DNA from: Pristiophorus japonicus
Lineage: Eukaryota
DNA length: 64,000 nt
Direction of reading: 5' to 3'
Assembly (NCBI RefSeq): GCF_044704955.1
Contig: NC_091984.1
Span: 145,018,001 to 145,082,000, forward strand
The notes under the pieces are model-generated. The model saw only the letters and a list, made by a program, of their open reading frames with translations. It ran no database searches and was not told the DNA's origin. Numbering within the stretch: position 1 is the stretch's first letter; each line of letters opens with the position of its first letter. Position numbers and translations under genes: made by a program. Positions 61,142 to 64,000 of this stretch are shown here, one piece after another.

Positions 61142-62805
61142 CTAAGGCCAGTGCAGCCTGTGTACCTGTGTTCCCTAGAGTACGATGCCTGGAAGAGACC
61201 ATGCGTTACGATGGAGGTGGAGAAAGTGAACGGGACCTACCTGCTAGATACTGGTGCTTCCAGCACCCTTGTATATGCAGATAACCCAGCTACCTCACCT
61301 CTATCGAACGGGGTCCCGTACAGTCTAGTGGGGTTCACAGGCAATGAGCAAACTGGTTCGTTTTCCATCCCGCTCACCATTCAGTTAGGGACACTCAAAA
61401 CCAAATGGAAGTGTGTCCTGATAAAATGGGAGCAGAAGGGAAAAGGGATCCTGGGAGCTGATTTTATCATTTGCCACCAGATCCTAGTGGATCTCAGGAG
61501 CCACTGTCTATGGGGAGCCATAGTGACTGACAGGGAAGGTGAGGTGACAGTGATCCCAGAAAAAGGGGCCAAGGGAACGTTGTGTACCGTGAAGCCAAAG
61601 GAGGGTTATGACTTGGAATTACTGGTCAGTAGCACCCCAGTGGAGTACCAGGCATATGTACGGGCACACCTTGCAGCCTTCGCCACCCACAAACATGACT
61701 GTGGTAGGGTAACGGGGGTGGAAGTTGGTATAAAAGGGAACCCCATGACCCGACCACAGATGCAATATAACTTCCCCAGGAAGGCAAAGGCAGACCTGAC
61801 AACGGCGCTGGGATCACTGGGAGAGCAAGGGGTGTTAAGACCGATAGCAACCTATGTGAACTCTCCACTGTGGCGGTTAAGAAACCGGACAACTCATGGA
61901 GGGCCACCATGGACTATCGAGTACTAAATAAGAATATCCCTGCCTGTGCACCCACTGTAGCAGCCGTAGCGGATCTCATAGGGAGTATTCCAGCATCCGC
62001 GACCACTTTCATGGTGCTGGATATTTCAAATGGGTTCTGGTCCATTCCTTCAAAACGGGAGGACCAGTACAAGTTCGCCTTTACCTTTAAGGGCCAACAA
62101 TACACGTGGAACTGTCTTCCCCAAGACTTCCACAACAGCCCCAGCATTTTTCACCAATGTATGGTGAACTGTTTAAAGGGCTTTAGCAGACCCCAGCAGT
62201 TGGTGCAGTATGTGGATGACCTGCTCCTGTTCACCGATCAGGGGGAGGAGCATGGCCCACTGCTGGCTGAGCTGCTGGAGCTGCTAAAAGAAGAAGGATT
62301 TAAGTAAACCCCAAGAAGGCACAGATCAGCCAGAAGGAAGTCAAATTCCTGGGGCTGACTCCGCGCTGGGGAAAGGGCCATAGATAAGGCTAGAAGGGAG
62401 GCAGTACAGGAGTTACTAGCCCCCAACACAGTGACAGGGGTAAGATCCTTTCTCGGACTCACCGGGTACTGCAGAGACTTCATTGAGGATTATGCAGCCA
62501 CCGCAGCCCCTCTGCTCAGGCTCCTACACAAGGGTGTAGAGTGGGACTGGGATGAGGGTTGCGAGGCAGCATTTAATCAGCTCAAGAAGGACTTGCAGAC
62601 CACGCCAGCCTTAGGAGCGATAGATGTAGGAAAGGAGTTTTCCTGGAGGTGGCAGCCAGCGGGGACAGTTTGAGCTCAGTGCTGCTTCAAGAGCGGCACG
62701 GCCAGCTGAGACCGGTGGTTTACTCCTCCAGGATCCTCACAGATGTGGAGAAGGGGTACTCCAACTGTGAGAGACACCTCCTAGCCACACATTGGGAAGT
62801 GAAAA
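61142..62805 (+). pseudogene. pol: ERV pro-pol (protease, RT, degenerate RNase H/tether)
   Basis: YLLDTGAS; LDISNGFWSIP; FAFTFKGQQYTWNCLPQDFHNSP; YVDD; VRSFLGLTGYCR; RPVVYSSRIL. Confidence 0.9.
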
Positions 62806-64000
62806 TGTCATGTTTGTAACCTCACATAACTGCAACCTTTATGTAACAACATTCTACACTGTATACACCTGAGAAATGCACACCTTGACCACAGGGGGTG
62901 AACTTGTGGGAGACACTCCTCACCTGGTCATCCAGGTATATAAAGGGAGGTCCCACGCAGGGTCATCACTTCTTGGTCCTGTGAATAAAGGTACAGGTCA
63001 CAGAGTGACCTTGTCTCCAGTATGTGCCTCGTGTTGATTTGCTGTAATATGTAAGGACACAACATTTGGCGACGAGAAACGGGAATCAACGACTCAAGAG
63101 AATGGCCACCGGCAGCACGGAGGAATGGTACTGTGTTGGTGAGGACTGGGACGATTTCGTTGAGAGGCTCCAGCAGAGCTTTGTCGCGAAGGACTGGCTG
63201 GGAGCGGCAGCGGCTGACAAGCGAAGGGCACATCTACTGACCAGCTGTGGACCTAGGACGTACACGCTGATGAAAGACCAGCTCACCCCCGAGAAGCCGG
63301 TGGACAAGACCTTCGAGGAGCTCAGTAAACTGATCGGTGAGCACCTCAAACCGGTGAGTAGTATACACATGGCCCGACACCGATTCTATACGCACCGATG
63401 TTGGGAAGGGCAGAGCATACCGGACTTCGTCGCGGACCTTCGGCGCTTGGCCAGCCTCTGTAAGTTCACAGAGCGGGGAGATGTTACGGGATTTCTACAT
63501 TGAGGGCATTGGTCATGCCAGGATTTTTAGGAAGCTAATTGAGATCAAGGACTTGACCTTGGAAGCGCTGGCGTTGATGGCTCAAACCATCATGGTGGCC
63601 GAGGAGCCAAGATCATATACACGCGCAACTCTGCTCCCAACGTGGCGATGGAGCAGGGAGTAAACGCGACTCAGGACCCCACAGGAAGGCAAGGGCAATT
63701 CAACACCAACCAGGCAGTAAACAGACTCTAGAGTGGGTCCACAATAGAGCCAATGGCAGGTTGAACGGACATTTACACCATCACAAGCGACATTACGTCC
63801 CGGGATGGGACCACTGACACCTACAAACAGATTCCTCAAGAGTAATCAAAGAGACAATCAGAGTGGAATGCCTGGTAACAGCTCTTTTGTTCACAACAAT
63901 CTCAGCTCAAGCTGGAGGTGCGCGGGCAGACATGCTGCGAAGACCTGCAGGTTTCAGCAATTTACCTACAGAAATTGAAACTTGAGTGGACATTTAGCCA
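62806..64000 (+). mobile_element. Gypsy element inserted in ERV pol: 5' LTR 62806-63064, PBS 63067, gag from 63102
   Basis: TGTCATGT...ACAACA; TGGCGACGAG PBS; EDWDDFVERLQQSF...ARHRFY. Confidence 0.88.

Larger units (their letters stand above)
57700..62805 (+). mobile_element. Second ERV (spuma/loki-like pol): long 5' LTR (~57700-59340), PBS, gag, pro, RT, tether
   Basis: LTR ends ...CCCCTTACA, AATAAA at 59176; PBS TGGCGACCACGAATGGG (tRNA-Arg-like) at 59344; coding motifs as below; LTR left boundary uncertain. Confidence 0.8.

Overview
Vertebrate genomic DNA, almost certainly a cartilaginous fish, judged from the shark-type kappa/NS4 Ig light-chain exons, a GPR139-like GPCR and shark-type CR1/Deu-SINE repeats. 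Most of the window is nested retroelements: CR1 LINEs, L2, tRNA-SINEs, Gypsy elements and two foamy/loki-like ERVs. The host content is a frameshifted GPR139-like receptor (6.6-7.5 kb) and an unusual Ig kappa region. An intact leader+Vk with a 12-RSS lies on the + strand (19.7-20.3 kb), 3' of and convergent with an intact Ck exon on the - strand (35.6-36.0 kb); no Jk was recognised by eye. The most notable signal is that Ck is bracketed by two facing recombination signals: a near-perfect orphan 23-RSS about 0.8 kb downstream (34787-34825) and a perfect isolated heptamer about 60 bp upstream in the intron (36023-36029). This is the geometry of the mammalian kappa-deleting element (RS/KDE plus intron RSS), a receptor-editing device generally thought to be unavailable to shark cluster-type light-chain genes. 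Other highlights are a poly(A)-tailed U2/U1(/U6/U4) snRNA-mosaic SINE-like element, a CIRBP-like retrocopy inside an LTR element, and an ERV with a UGA-CUA gag-pol junction. All calls are by-eye pattern recognition without database searches.
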